Shown: piece by piece, positions 1 through 13,184 of the stretch
How the letters are laid out: the number at the start of each line of letters is the position of its first letter
Numbering within the stretch: the first letter of the stretch is position 1
Origin: Octopus vulgaris
Lineage: Eukaryota
DNA: 64,000 nt
NCBI GenBank assembly: GCA_951406725.2
Contig: OX597816.1
Location: forward strand, 155,434,001-155,498,000
Direction of reading: 5' to 3'
Position numbers and translations under genes: made by a program
Notes under the pieces: generated by a model
What the model was told of the DNA's origin: nothing
The model's database searches: none
Seen by the model: the letters and a program-made list of their open reading frames with translations, nothing else

Positions 1-490
1 TCGACTTTGCCTTTCATCCTTTCGGGGTCGATTAAATAAGTACCAGTTACGCACTGGGGTCGATATAATCGACTCGGTCCGTTTGTCTGTCCTTGTTTGT
101 CCTCTCTGTGTTTAGCCCCTTGTGGGTAGTAAAGAAAGAGGTATTTCGTCTGCCACTACGTTCTGAGTTCAAATTCTGCCGAGGTCGACTTTGCCTTTCA
201 TCCTTTCGGGGTCGATTAAATAAGTACCAGTTACGCACTGGGGTCAATATAATCGACTTAATCCGTTTGTCTGTCATTGTTTGTCCTCTCTGTGTTTAGC
301 CCCTTGTGGGTTGTAAAGAAATAGGTATTTCGTCTGCCACTACGTTCTGAGTTGAAATTCCGCCGAGGTCGACTTTGTCTTTCATCGTTTTGGGGTCGAT
401 AAATTTAGTACCAGTTGCATGCTGGGTTCGATCTAATCGACTGGCCCCCTCCCCCAAAATTTCGGGCCATGCGCCTAGAGTAGAAAAGAA
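1..490 (+). mobile_element. Tandem array (~184-bp period, ~2.7 units) of a tRNA-derived MetaSINE-like element
   Basis: The unit GTATTTCGTCTGCC...GAGTTCAAATTC (B-box-like)...GGTCGACTTTGCCTTTCATCCTTTCGGGGTCGATTAAATAAGTACCAG restarts at ~141 and ~325. The central block resembles the Meta domain. The last unit has a different 3' tail. Confidence 0.8.
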
Positions 491-629
491 TCAAATACGA
501 ATCTATACAGCAATAAGAAAGATAATAACCGAATAATAAGTAACTATAAACTCTCAGAATATGCCCACAAATATAAATGCATGCAAACAATTATCAAAGT
601 AGCAGATTCTCAAATCAACAATTAATGAA

Positions 630-697
630 ATTATAGCAAATATTATAGCAAATATTATAGCAAATACTATTATAGCAAATATTATAGCAAATATTGC
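630..697. repeat. Minisatellite (TATTATAGCAAA)n, ~5 copies
   Basis: 12-bp unit directly visible. Confidence 0.85.
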
Positions 698-964
698 ATT
701 ATCACTTTTTATTAAAATAGCACTTTTAATTCACGAAGCGATTGATTAAATCAATAAAATATATTGGGATTTTGTAATTCATCATATGAGTTTTTTCATC
801 ATTTCCTGAATACACTAATATTGATATCTATAGAAAATTGTTCATAACGAGAGATTGTAACATTAAAATTTTAAAAAATGTCGAATTTCTAATTTTTTCC
901 CGCAATAAAATATTAGCATCATTTTCAATTGACACAATTACTACAAAATTGGAAGCATTTATAA

Positions 965-1335
965 TCTATATATATAAAGCTGAAGTTGTCTGTGTATGGC
1001 AGGTTTGGTAGCCTTCAACTAACACTATCTCCTCCGAGACCCTGCGGCGCAAGTTGACCAAAATTGAGAGTATGGTAGAAGAAGGCTTGCTCTTCCTTCC
1101 GTAGAAGAAAAAATTCAAAACGGACCATGTTAACACCAAGGTGCTTTTTTTTCTATGAAAATCCCTATTTTTACGATTTTTTGACTGCTGTGTCGCCATT
1201 TTTCGGTGTATTTCAACCAGAAAAGTGTTCACTTAAAGAGAATAACAAGCTACATAATGCTAAATTTTTACTTTTCAAAAATTCCAATTCTAAAGGGTCG
1301 AAACAAACCCGAGCAACACCGGGCGATACTGCTAG
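965..1335 (+). mobile_element. Non-autonomous Helitron
   Basis: 5' end A|TCTATATATATAAA, subterminal hairpin CCCGAGCAACACCGGG, 3' end CTAG|T, no TSD. Confidence 0.85.
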
Positions 1336-1835
1336 TAAAGTCCATAAAATAATGATAAATCAGAATTTGGAAGGATTATGATGGTGGGGTAGGATGTCAC
1401 ATGATCATACCATACCCCGGGCCTTTCCGGAGATGAACTTACTTTTCCTGTTCATGAAAACTACTATTGTTGCTCCTATTGTTGCTGTTGTTACACATTT
1501 TCTCTCAACTGCTGAATTTAGTGGAGGGAATCTATTTTCACAATAGCTGCTCCAAGAGCAATCTACCCACTTGATTTGTACAGCCATATAGTATTTTTGT
1601 CATAAAATCATGGAACTTCACAATTTAAAATTCACACTTGCGCCCCTGGAGTGGGTAGTGCGAATATTTCACAAGCCGACTAACTCGTGAGAGTCCTTGC
1701 AGGCCTTTTAACGGGATAGTAACAACAAAAACACAACGTTCTTTAAAACAACAAAATTTGCAAATAACTCAATAGCTCAGTACAGACGTGCTTCGCTTGC
1801 AAGTAGAACAACAACAATAATAATGATGACAATTT

Positions 1836-2001
1836 CAAATTTTGGCACAAGGCCAGCAATTTCGGGCGAGGGGCTAAATCGATTACATCAACACCAGTGC
1901 TCAACTAGTACTTATTTTATCAACCCTGAAAGGATGAAAGGTAAAGTCGACCTTGGTGGAATTTGAGCTTAAACCGTAAGGACTGACGAAATGCCGCTAA
2001 T
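1836..2001 (-). mobile_element. MetaSINE-like SINE copy
   Basis: Reverse complement of the SINE core seen at 1-490. Confidence 0.75.
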
Positions 2002-2002
2002 C

Positions 2003-2036
<34 letters not shown>

Positions 2037-2305
2037 GGACCATCAGTTATTGAGCGTTCGATTACATCGAACTCCAGTACTTGATTGGTAAAGTCGACCT
2101 CAGCACAAACTGAACTTAAAACGTAAAGACGAAAACGAAATGTGTGTGTGTGTTTTCTTTAACTTACTCTCTCTCTCTCTCTCTCTCTCCCTGTCTCTCT
2201 CTCTCTCTCTTGTCCTCCTTTACTCATTCCCTCCCTCCTGCTTTCTCTCTCCCTCTCCCTCCCTTTCTTTCCTTTTCTCTCTCAAGTTAAAGAAAGCAAA
2301 TGATG

Positions 2306-2344
2306 TCTATCTTATTAATATCAGCCTCTTATTGGTATTACACA

Positions 2345-2380
<36 letters not shown>

Positions 2381-2870
2381 TATAGGTGAAGCATCTCGAC
2401 AGGTCCGACTAGCTGTTAACAGGACATAAAAAGCTTTGGTACGAGAACGGGAATTAGTATAGAACAGATAGTGCCATTTTGGACACAGGACCGCTGCTAC
2501 ACGAGAACAACAAATTGAGAAACAGCGCTAAATTAGACGAAATGCTGATCAAGTACACCGTTCTACAGCCTGAAGTGGCTGACGAATGCTTTTTCTTATG
2601 ACCCACAAAAGGACTACAACAGCAATCTACAAATCAACTTTGAAAAAAATGAACAAATGCTACCAGCATTGTGGTGCCTAGTGAGCGGGAGAAACACCAG
2701 GTTTAGCTGCTCGAAAGATAAAGTCAACCTTCAATCAATACAAGAGCTTCCTGAATTTCTGAAGTGAAAATACAGTAATCTTATTTTATTAGTCAAATAT
2801 TCTGTAATATGTGCCAAAAGTTATTGTTACTTCCATAAAATACCCGGGCATTGCCGGGTACCTCTGTTAG
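2306..2870 (+). mobile_element. Probable non-autonomous Helitron (5' end uncertain)
   Basis: 3' hairpin CCCGGGCATTGCCGGG followed by ..GTTAG|T (decayed CTAG). Candidate TC start at ~2306. Confidence 0.5.
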
Positions 2871-3740
2871 TCATCTTACATATCAAGAACTGTAGGCATA
2901 TAGAAGTTGAAGCTTACATATGACTGTAGGTAAAAGAGTTTATTGCTATAAATGTAAGCGTAAGGAATGAAAATAACCAAATAACTTCATTAGCCAAACA
3001 GAATACAGATGACTCGGAAATGTTATCAGTTCCATTGACTAAACAACCCTTAACAGAGGCAAAAATGCTAAAAGCCTATCTCAAACTTTATCATGTTTTC
3101 GTTAAGTAGTAAGCACATATGGTGGAGTTAGCATATACCATGATACTATTTATTCTGCGAGTATTTGCTATTTAAATGCGGCAGTTCCATTTGTTTTATT
3201 GAGTTGTACTTAATGTAATTTAATGGGCTGCCAGACAAAATAATCTATATAGTCGGACAAAACAAGTTATCTCGGCATTATTTGGCTGGGAATCTCTTTC
3301 ATAATACAAGCAATAACTTAGTTAAATGTGTTTTCGAAAGTGTATTTTTCCAAATGTATTTATTTATGTTTGCACTTGATTCTGTACGAGCGAGAATATG
3401 CACAGCGGTGATTGACACTTATTTTCGAGCTGTTTAAAAGCTCTTGTGAAATCTTTCTTTTTTTTTTTTTTTTTCGTAGATAGTGCTGAACTTCATTTAA
3501 TAAGAAATATTCGACAAATCGAGAACAATCCAATTTCAATCGCCAGATGAAGTAAATTCAGTTCAGTTCCGCCACTAGTTCTCTTTGTAAATGTATGAAC
3601 ATCCAAATTTTCTGCTGATATTCTTCTAAGACAATGGTTCTCAATCTTTTCTATACATTGCACTCCTTGGAAACGTTTGACAGATTTTCGTACCCACTTC
3701 GTAAGTAATGTTGCATTTGAAAATGTAAAACTGAATTTTC

Positions 3741-3791
<51 letters not shown>

Positions 3792-4659
3792 ATGATCTCG
3801 AAGCACGTTAAACTATAAATAATTGTATGTAAATCATGGGTTAAAAAAACTCTTTTCGATAGAAAATGTCGAAGTCTGCTCGTGGGACTTTAGTCTACCT
3901 CTGTAGAGCCATTATTTGGTTGCTATTATTTATAGCTTTATGTGCTTCGAGATACATTCTTCCAAGAAAGAATTATTTCACGTTCTTTCGTTGCTGTGGA
4001 CCATTCCTACCATTTACAAAGTGTAGACCTGACGATAATTCATTCATCACTGATTCATTTATGACCGTATTTTTCTTTCACCAAAACCTGGTGATAAACG
4101 AGAATGGATATACTTAATTTTCAGTAGAACTGTCCTTCAAGGTGAAAACCTCGTTGTATTCAAGTTATACAAGTTATTACTTCAAACACCGTGAATTCTA
4201 TAAAGCAAGAAAATGCCGTTACTACTGGTTTGTACCTGATCATCTTGATCAACAATCAAAGGTGTTCCAGCTATCACCATCTCGTTTATGTTGCGATAAT
4301 ATTCTCTAACTAGGTCGTTATTATACAATATATAAGGAGATATGATCTGAGGGGAGATTTAACAGTTATTTCTAGTAAGCCATGTAAACTGTAGAGACAA
4401 GAATCGTCTTTATTGTTATTTAATTAAGTTTCTGATTCAAACATATACTGTATTCTCTTTTTACTTTTGTACCGCCACTAGAATGGCTTCTGCTCCCTGC
4501 ATCTGACTGAGTTCATGCCAATCCAACTTGAGCATTCTCTTCTCACTCATCTCCCTTCCCTTTTTATTCATACCAGCCTTATTGTATCCAGTCCCCAAAC
4601 TCTGTATTAATCCTTACGTCCAGTTATTCCTCTCCATACTTTCGAAATTCTGGAAACAC

Positions 4660-4858
4660 AGAGAGGACAAACAAGGACAGACAAACGGATTAAGTCGATT
4701 ATATCAACCCCAGTGCGTAACTGGTACTTATTTAATCGACCCCGAAAGTTGAAAGGCAAAGTCGACCTCGGCGGAATTTGAACTCAGAACGTAATGGCAG
4801 ACGAAATACGGCTACATATTTCGCTCGGCGTGCTAACGATTCTCCCAGCTCGTCGCTT
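4660..4858 (-). mobile_element. MetaSINE-like SINE, near full length
   Basis: Reverse complement of the copy at 9742-9964. Confidence 0.8.
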
Positions 4859-6261
4859 TGAATGCTGTATATTAGGTGGTCGAGTGACCATGGAGAGGAT
4901 TTCCCTCCACCCCATGAATTGTCTCTGCATATAAACTTACAATAACGACTGAATTCTGCTGAATTGTGCGAGCGTTATATTACTATATACGAAGCAGTTG
5001 AAGCTTTTATGAAATTTCAAAACAAATTTATAAAAGAACGTGTTAAGTAATTTTAAGAACTTTTATATTGTAATAACTCTACAGACTTCATTAAATGGAA
5101 ATTAAATAGGCGAGATCGGCACTTACGGTTGTGGTGTCAGATTTAATTCTTAAGATTCAGAAGAACTTGATTAGCATCATTTATTGGTAAAACAAACTGA
5201 GAGAAAAATATCAGTTATAGTTTACTTTCTTTCTCTTCAATTTACAACTGTTTTATTTCAAAATTTGATATCTCCATTTTTTTTCAATTGCATTTTCCCA
5301 TTTTATAAAGCCGGTGTGGCCATTATAACATAAGACATTTCAAAATTAGTTAACAACATGTTTTTCATAAACTTGCTTTTCGAATTTTGAAAAAGCTTCA
5401 ATAATTTATAAGAATCGTTGACAGTTTTGATGCGTCAGCCTTTTACAATTGCTGAATGGAATTGAATTGTCACTGTAACACTATACTCGACTCAACGAAC
5501 GGGCTTGCTCGTTGGTGATAGTAACCGTATCTTCCTCAGATCAAACTTCATTATCTTAAAATAGAAAGGCTAGTTGAATAATATAGTCCGCAAAATTCCA
5601 ACCATCACTCGCAATCGAGAATAACTGGGGGAGTATACCATTCTGTCACTAATTACTTTAGGTGCCTATATAGTCGCAAGCACACACACACATACACACA
5701 ACACACACACAAGGCCCTACATTTGACTCAGCAGAAAACCCAAGATATTACAGTCAGAGGGAAAGGAAGGAAGGAATTGCCAGATTTAGGCTATAGTTGT
5801 TTATTTATCGACCCCAAAAGGTTGAAATTCAAAATTAGCCTAGGCGAGAGTTGAACTCGGAACGCAGAGAATCGAAACAAATATTACACTGCATTGTATC
5901 GGATGCTCTGACACCTTTAACAATTAACCTCCTAATGTAATCCTTAATGCCTTTAAAATTACGAAAGTGTCACTGCTGGAATACTATTGACCATAGGTTT
6001 TCACAATCAGGTAAAAATTCAACAACAAAAACTACAACAAAACTACAGTAAAAATTATGTCTTCCTCACTTTGAGATTGGAGTTATATTTTGTTTAATCA
6101 TAGCATTCTTCACATTTTTTATTTATACCTCATACCATTGTTAATCTGATACCAAATCTTCAAGATTATGTAAATTTGATTCCAACTAGTTGCGTAAATT
6201 TGTTTCTTTTCTGTTTTTCTCATATCACCCTTTTGTTTTATACAACATTTTTGTTTAATAA

Positions 6262-8138
6262 CACAACGTAACAATTATCAAAAAAATATTATTTTTTGTA
6301 TTTTTTTATTGTTTATCAATCCATCTTTTCTGCTGATTCCAAAAATGAAATTATTTTTTGTGTATCATCAACAGTTAAGAAAATATGTCGACTTTCAATA
6401 TTATTATGTATTCGGTATTGTTATAATGTTCCGCTACTAAATGTATGTCTAATGTTTTCTTTTAGACCAATTACTAAATTCTGCTACTTTCAAGATGGCT
6501 ACTAGAGTATGTAAAAATTCTCCAAATACATTTTGCTATGTGTGTGGTTATTATATTGGAAAAAAGCAGGTATTACATAAGATGATGATGATGACCACCA
6601 GAAAATATTTCATCTGAAGTGTCAACAAGTAGCAGCAGTCAAGAAATGGAGGAAGCTTTCGTACCAAGAACGACTTCGAAGCCTCACTTTCCAAATCAGA
6701 GTGAGCTAGATGATTTAGTCAAGGATCTGGGTCTTACTAAATCAGGAGCTGAACTTCTTTCATCAAGGTTGAAAGAATGGAATCTACTGGGGAAAGACTG
6801 AAAGACATCTCTGTACTGGAAACGCCATGAAGAATTTGAAATCTACTATGAAAATATCAATGATCTGTGTTATTGTAAAGATGTGATTGGTTTGTTTACT
6901 GCTATTGGACTTAAGCAGGATTCTGCAGAATGGCGACTGTTCATAGATAGCTCAACACGAAGTCTCAAAGCAGTGTTGCTCCACAATGGAAATAAATATC
7001 CTTCTTTGCCTCTTGCACATTCCAATGTCAAAGAACTTCTCGACAAAATAAATTACGCTGAGTTCAAGTGGGATGTTTGTGGTGATTTCAAGATGCTTGC
7101 CTTCTTGCTTGGCTTGCAAGGGGGATACACAAAGTATTCATGTTTTCTTTGCTTATGGGACAGCAGAGCTGATGATCATCGTTACAAGAGAGTACATTGG
7201 CCCCCACGAGTGGCACTGCAACTAGGAATGTTAAATGTTCTCAAACAGGCACTAGTAGATTCTAACAAAATCTTATTACCCCCACTTCATATCAAACTCG
7301 GATTAGTAAAACAGGTTGTGAAGGCCTTAGATTTTAGAGGAGAAGCTTTTCAAGAAATTTGTCTTATGTTTCCAAAGCTATCTGAGGCTAAGATCAAGGG
7401 GGGCATATTTGTTGGGCACCAAGTAAATGCAATGTTAAAGTCGAAGAAACTGGAAAGAGCGATGACAAAAGTTGAAAAAGAAGCATTTCATGATGTAGTT
7501 CGTGGATTTCTAGGAAATCACAAGGATCCGAATTACAAACAGCTTGTAGCAAAACTTATTGAAAACTTCAAGAAAATGGGTTGTCGTATGTCCTTAAAGG
7601 TTCACTTTTTGCACTCTCACCTAGATTTTCCCCCGAAAACTTGGGTGATGTCAGTAAGGAGCATAGTGAAAGATTTCATTAGGACATCGCAACTATGGAA
7701 AGGAGATACCAAGAACGATGGGATACTGCTATGATGGGAGATTATATATGGTCTCTAGTCAGAAGAGATGAAGGTATACACTCCAGAAAATCTCGATCGT
7801 CAAAGCACTTCTCATCTTAAGAAAAGAGTTATCAAGGCATTTATAGTGCAGAGTTTTATTGTTTCTTTATGTTCTAACTAATATTATACTTCCTACATAC
7901 CTTTCAATATATGAAAAAGTACTAAATGTTGTGTAATTATCCTTACAATACTAGAATAGATTGAACCAACAAAGTGCTGTATAGAAAAGTTACAAATATA
8001 ACGAGCAAATATAAATTAGGAATAAATAAATAACTATCGATGTTACGTCAAAATAAATGTGATTTTTTAATTTAGTGGCAAAAAATGCATACATGAACAT
8101 TAAAAAGTACAAATAAACAAAGCATGTGTTACATTGTG
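6262..8138 (+). mobile_element. Chapaev3-type (CMC superfamily) DNA transposon, internally deleted
   Basis: Termini CACAACGTAAC / GTTACATTGTG (11-bp TIR, 1 mismatch), TAA on both flanks (3-bp TSD), and imperfect ~100-bp subterminal inverted similarity. Encloses a transposase pseudogene. Confidence 0.75.
6495..7820 (+). pseudogene. Chapaev3-type DDE transposase pseudogene
   Basis: Motifs MATRVCKNSPNTFCYVCG, WRLFIDSS, CGDFKM, YTKYSCFLCLWDSRA, LPPLHIKLGL and HFLHSHLDF. A stop at ~6799 and a frameshift near 7630 precede ...EHSERFH*D... Confidence 0.8.
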
Positions 8139-8649
8139 TAATTCATTCTCCTTTTGATCGTGGTGTAACTCTCAAAGTGAATTTAAATTAAATTACTAGA
8201 TTGTCGAAATTATAAATAGTATGAATGTTATACGTAAATTACTTCAGCCACCAAAGAAAAATGGACGATATCCACCACTATAAGCCAAGCCATGATAGTT
8301 CCTTTTTATATTCATATATTGTGTTTCTAAGACTAACTATTTTTAATACAGTAGGAAAGAATGTAAAAGTGTGGTGCGAACTGGACCGATCAAAAGAACG
8401 GTAATGACAAAGCATAGTACAGTGCTCTGATTAAATTATGAAGTTAGGATCACATGATGATGTAAATAGAACACATTACAAGGGAAAATATATTTACGTA
8501 TTTGTACCGTAGGGTTTAAAGAGAAAATTATGAAGTGCGTGTTCAATTCCCGCTGTATAGTTATTTTTTTTTATTCTTTTTAATTATCGTTCATATATTT
8601 TGGCGAGTCCTTTTTATGCTTCATCAAACTAAGGATTTTTATTTGTAAA

Positions 8650-9210
8650 GTTTCTCTGGGGCAAGTGGAGGATTTTAAGCATCTCGCCGAATTCCCATGT
8701 GATGGGAAGCGAGAAGCGGCACTGTAACCTAGCACTGCAGTAGCTGACACAGCTTCAGTATTCGATTCTCAGAAGAGGAGTGGTTGGTAAAATAAAAAAA
8801 AGCTAAACTTGTAATTTTCGATTCGGTTTTCATACCTATCTTCACCTAGGATCATAAATGTCGGATAGTGACTGAAAGAGTATAATCGCAAATACGATAG
8901 CTGAAATAAGGTTCCTCCGAAGGATCACGAGAGTAAAGTTACTCAACAGGGTGCATAGCTCAGAAATCAGAAGTCCCTCCAAGTGGAACCGCTTTCTCCA
9001 CACTGAGAGGTCACAGCTCCAGTTCTACGGACATGTGGTTAGAATGTCGTGAGGAAGAGTCGCAAAACGGATTCTTCAAGCCAAGCAAACCAGCGGAAGC
9101 CCTAGGAGTAGACCAAAAGCGAGATATTATCCATAATCTCAGTTGGTCACACTTTGGAATCTGGAAAATCTAATGAAGGTATCTTCTGATAGGACGCTAT
9201 CGTAGAAATA
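8650..9210 (+). mobile_element. RTE-clade LINE 3' fragment
   Basis: Decayed translation AEIRFLRRITRV...RSQLQFYGHVVRM...KRILQAK..GSPRSRP, typical of the RTE ORF C-terminus. Confidence 0.65.
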
Positions 9211-9741
9211 CCTGGGAACTCTACTCTTAAGAACGTTCCAGGAATAGTGGTTGGAGATGATGGATTTTTAGTTGGAAGGCTTCTCTCCAAGATGCAGGCT
9301 GGGACAAACAAAGGTAGGCTGGGGTTAAAGTTATTTTTAATGGAAGTCCAGCAGTTGTTCATTCACACAAGCCTCCTCTCTCCATTCCACCGATACTCAC
9401 AGAAGGAAAGACATGGGTCCATACAATTAAGCACTAGTTTTGAGAATATGTTGGAGTACGAGAAGTGCTAGGTTTGTTTTACGCACGAGTGATACATGAG
9501 TAATAAAAATAAGCGTAATATATTGATAAAAAACGATTGAAAGCTGTCATCATTATCACACTCAGAGATTTATCATGAATACAGGGATAAAAGAAATTCC
9601 GGAATTATAGCTATATGTAAATATTTCAATATTATGTAAATATTATTGTAATATTTTTTCTAAATAATGTTCCTAATTAACCCTCATTAAACGATTCAGC
9701 AGTCTAGTAAAATATATAATAAAAAAGCTACGATTTGTGAC

Positions 9742-9964
9742 TGCGCAGAAACGTTAGCACGCCGGGCGAAATGCGTAGGCGTATTTCGTCTGTCGTTACG
9801 TTGTGAGTTCAAATTCCGCCGAGGTCGACTTTGCCTTTCATCCTTTCGGGGTCGATAAATTAAGTACCAGTTACGCACTGGGGACGATGTAATCGGCTTA
9901 ATACCTATGTCTGTCTTTGTTTGTCCCTTCTATGTTTAGCCCCTTGTGGGTAATAAAGAAATAG
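9742..9964 (+). mobile_element. MetaSINE-like SINE
   Basis: tRNA-like head (GCAGAAACGTTAGC...GAGTTCAAATTCC), Meta-like core and the same tail as the units at 1-325. Confidence 0.85.
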
Positions 9965-10176
9965 GCATGTACTATGACATTTTCGAATCAATGGAAATAT
10001 TCTGATAAGAAATGCAAAAGGTAAAGTCTTTGTGTACTAGATATATCATTGGAGTCAATTATTTTGAATGAATTCTCTATTTTCTACAATTAATAAAATT
10101 GCCATCTTTTTTACGACACAAGTATACTAATATGCCATTTCGAACCTGGGTTCTCATTCCTAAGGTATTTTTCGAT

Positions 10177-10239
<63 letters not shown>

Positions 10240-10241
<2 letters not shown>

Positions 10242-10905
10242 TAGTTTTATTTTTATAGCGTGCTTTCACTTCACTACCGAGCGCAGCTCTGTGTGCCTTG
10301 GGTATGTGCTGTGATTTGTTGTGATGCTCTGATGGTTATTGTATGGAAAGTGTGCTGCGTAGGATGTGTGCAGTGCCTAGTAGTGCAATTTTCTGTATGT
10401 TATATGTGTTTGTAAGTCCTGGTGTTTTTGTTATGTATTTGTCTGAATATTTTTTTATCATGCCTAATGCACCTACTATGATAGGAATTGTTTCTGTTTT
10501 CAGATTCCACATTCTAGTTACCTCTATTTCCAGGTCTTTGTATTTTGAGAGTTTCTCCATTTCTTTTAGAGACACGTTGTCATCAGCCGGTATTGATACA
10601 TCAATTAGAAAGCATTTTTTTCTTCATGATCTCTGACAACTATATCTGGTCTGTTGGCCTTAATTTCTCTATCTATGTGTATCGGCATATCCCAGAGTAT
10701 GGTTGCTTTCTCGTTTTCTGTGACCTTTTCTGGTGTGTGCCTATACCATCTTTTTTCTGTTGTTATTCCATAATGTTGGCATAGGTTCCAGTGTATGTAG
10801 GTTCCAACTTTGTCATGTCTGTGAATATATTCCTTCTTAGCCAGGACTGGGCAGCTAGAGATAATATGATTTATTGTTTCTTGTCCATCTCCACATATTC
10901 TGCAG
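10240..10905 (-). mobile_element. Dong/R4-clade non-LTR retrotransposon, 3' end (5'-truncated)
   Basis: HIISSCPVLAKKEYIHRHD (zinc-knuckle tail), RPDIV..IDVSIP..KLSKYKDL restriction-like endonuclease and PIIVGALG. Flanked by (TTA)n on both sides. Confidence 0.85.
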
Positions 10906-10929
10906 TTATTATTATTATTATTATTATTA

Positions 10930-10977
<48 letters not shown>

Positions 10978-11169
10978 GTAGTAGTAGTAGTAGTAGTAGT
11001 AGTATTGTTGTTGTCGTTGCTGTTGTTATTTTTGTTGTTGTTGTTATTATAATCATCATTATCATAATTATTATTTACTTTTAATCTGCATATTTATTAC
11101 AATCACTTACCGAGACATATCCAGCGTCCTCGAGCGAGTGAAGGATAAAAGTAGGGAGGGTAAGAACAC

Positions 11170-11300
11170 CAACACCGCTTGACAACCGATGGTGGTGTGT
11201 TTGCGTCCCCGTAACTTAGTGGTTCGGCAAAAGAGACCGATAGAATAAGTACTTGGCTTACAAAGAATAAGTCCTGGGGTCGATTTGTTCAACTAAAGGC
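11170..11300 (+). mobile_element. 3' part of SINE family 2
   Basis: Matches 36040-36165. Confidence 0.75.
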
Positions 11301-11314
11301 GAATGACTGTAAAC

Positions 11315-11392
<78 letters not shown>

Positions 11393-11395
11393 ATG

Positions 11396-11445
<50 letters not shown>

Positions 11446-11598
11446 ATATATATATATATATATATATTGATATATGTATATATATATATATTGATATATG
11501 TATATATATATATATTGATATATGTATATATATATATATTGATATATGTATGTATATATATATATACATACATATACGTATATATATATATATGTATG

Positions 11599-11678
<80 letters not shown>

Positions 11679-11706
11679 TTTATACATACATATACGTGTA
11701 TATATA
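11315..11706. repeat. Compound (TA)n/(TG)n microsatellite with a 24-bp higher-order unit
   Basis: Directly visible; TTGATATATGTATATATATATATA recurs. Confidence 0.95.
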
Positions 11707-11761
11707 GCTCCTGCACGCATTTTTTTTTCTGTCCATGTTTCTCTCCGTGTTTCTTTTCTGT

Positions 11762-11803
11762 GTATCTTTCTGTTGAAGAGCGAAGGCTCGAAACGTAAAA
11801 TAC
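11762..11803 (+). ncRNA. Minimal type I hammerhead-like motif (variant core CUGUUGA)
   Basis: GUAUCUUU-CUGUUGA-A-GAGC-GAAG-GCUC-GAAA-CG-UA-AAAUAC: 4-bp stem II, palindromic ACGU stem III, bulged stem I. Confidence 0.55.
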
Positions 11804-12024
11804 TTGTTTTATTTCTATTCCTGAGCGCCATACTAATACAATTGTTTGTTTGTACTCCACCTGCCTTCGTCTTTTGTTTATTTTCGTAAAGCTTCCCGTT
11901 ATATATATATATATATATATAAAGTTAATCCAAACAAGAAAGCACAAAAAAAAACACAACAACGCGAGGACGTGGAACAAATATAGTATTATTGGACGCT
12001 CAGGAAAGAAGGAAAGAAGGAGGG

Positions 12025-12058
12025 CTTAACGTTTCGAGCGGAACTCTTCGTCGGAAAC
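12025..12058 (-). ncRNA. Degenerate minimal hammerhead-like motif (core CCGACGA)
   Basis: CCGACGA-A-GAG-UUCCG-CUC-GAAA-CG-UU. Stem I is poor. The downstream TTCCTGAGCG block is shared with the 11762 cassette. Confidence 0.4.
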
Positions 12059-12721
12059 ATAGAAGGAAAGATCCAAAGAAGGAAGACAGGAAAAAAATCG
12101 CCAACGGTACACACACACATATATACATACATACATACATGCATGCACACACACATACATACATGCACACATATATACATACATACATGCATGCATAACT
12201 GAGCCTTCTCGAAAACTCCTAAAACCCCGATTAGGATTAGAATGTGCCACGTTAATTAAATATATCTTCTTTATTTTGCAAGTTCCTTTAGTGTCATAAT
12301 GACCTCCAACAAATTGAAAATGTCGTTTTCATATAATAGCAATAGAAATTTAATAAGATTCTGAAATGTCTAGATAAACTATTTTTGGTTTCCAATAATA
12401 TGATCTTTCATGTTGATTCGAGATTGCTTTTTTGTTTTTAATTACTCTCGAGCTAATTAACACTTGACTTTTAAAAATTAGCTTTTATACCCTTGACATC
12501 TGTCGTAAATCTCTCTATTCTTTTTGTTTTAATACAGTAAGTAGTTATATGAGTCATTGCAATTAGGAGCGGATTATCATAGAATGAAAATATGTCTTCA
12601 GTATATCGAGTTTGTCACGCAGGTTCAAATCTCGGTTTAGATGATTTAGTTACTTTAATGTTTTACTTTTTTTTTAGAATTACATATTTGTATTTTTTTA
12701 TTCTGACTCTTTCTTTTATAT

Positions 12722-12981
12722 TTTTACTTGCTTCAGTCCTAGGATTGCGACCATGCTACAGTACTGTCTTCAGCACTTTTAGTACTTATTGAGTACTTAT
12801 TTTTAATTGAGTACTTATTTTTAAAAAATTTCTGGTGCTTATTCTATTGGTTCTGTTACCGAACCGCTAAGTTGCGGAGACGTACACAAAGCAACACCGG
12901 TTCACAAGAAGTGAAAGGAAACACACACATACACACACACACATGCACACACACATTCATATATACATGTACGATGGGCTT
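12722..12981 (-). mobile_element. Diverged SINE family 2 copy
   Basis: Reverse-complement similarity to 35920-36205. Confidence 0.7.
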
Positions 12982-13184
12982 CCACACAATTATTGGTATT
13001 TTTTATTTACGTACATATATTTCATTATTGTCTTTTTTTCATGTTTACATATTTTTACTATTTTTTGTATTGCATTTGATTTATATTGCTCTATAGGTTA
13101 CAAGTCTTCAAAAGGGTGCTCAACAGGTCCAATATATTCTGACAAAGATACTGATCAGGAAGTATATGTATCCTTTCCTACTCG

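Noticed and set aside
1-490. Regularly spaced repeats resembling a CRISPR array
   Set aside because: Whole units repeat with no unique spacers, the same sequence occurs as dispersed SINEs, and the context is eukaryotic
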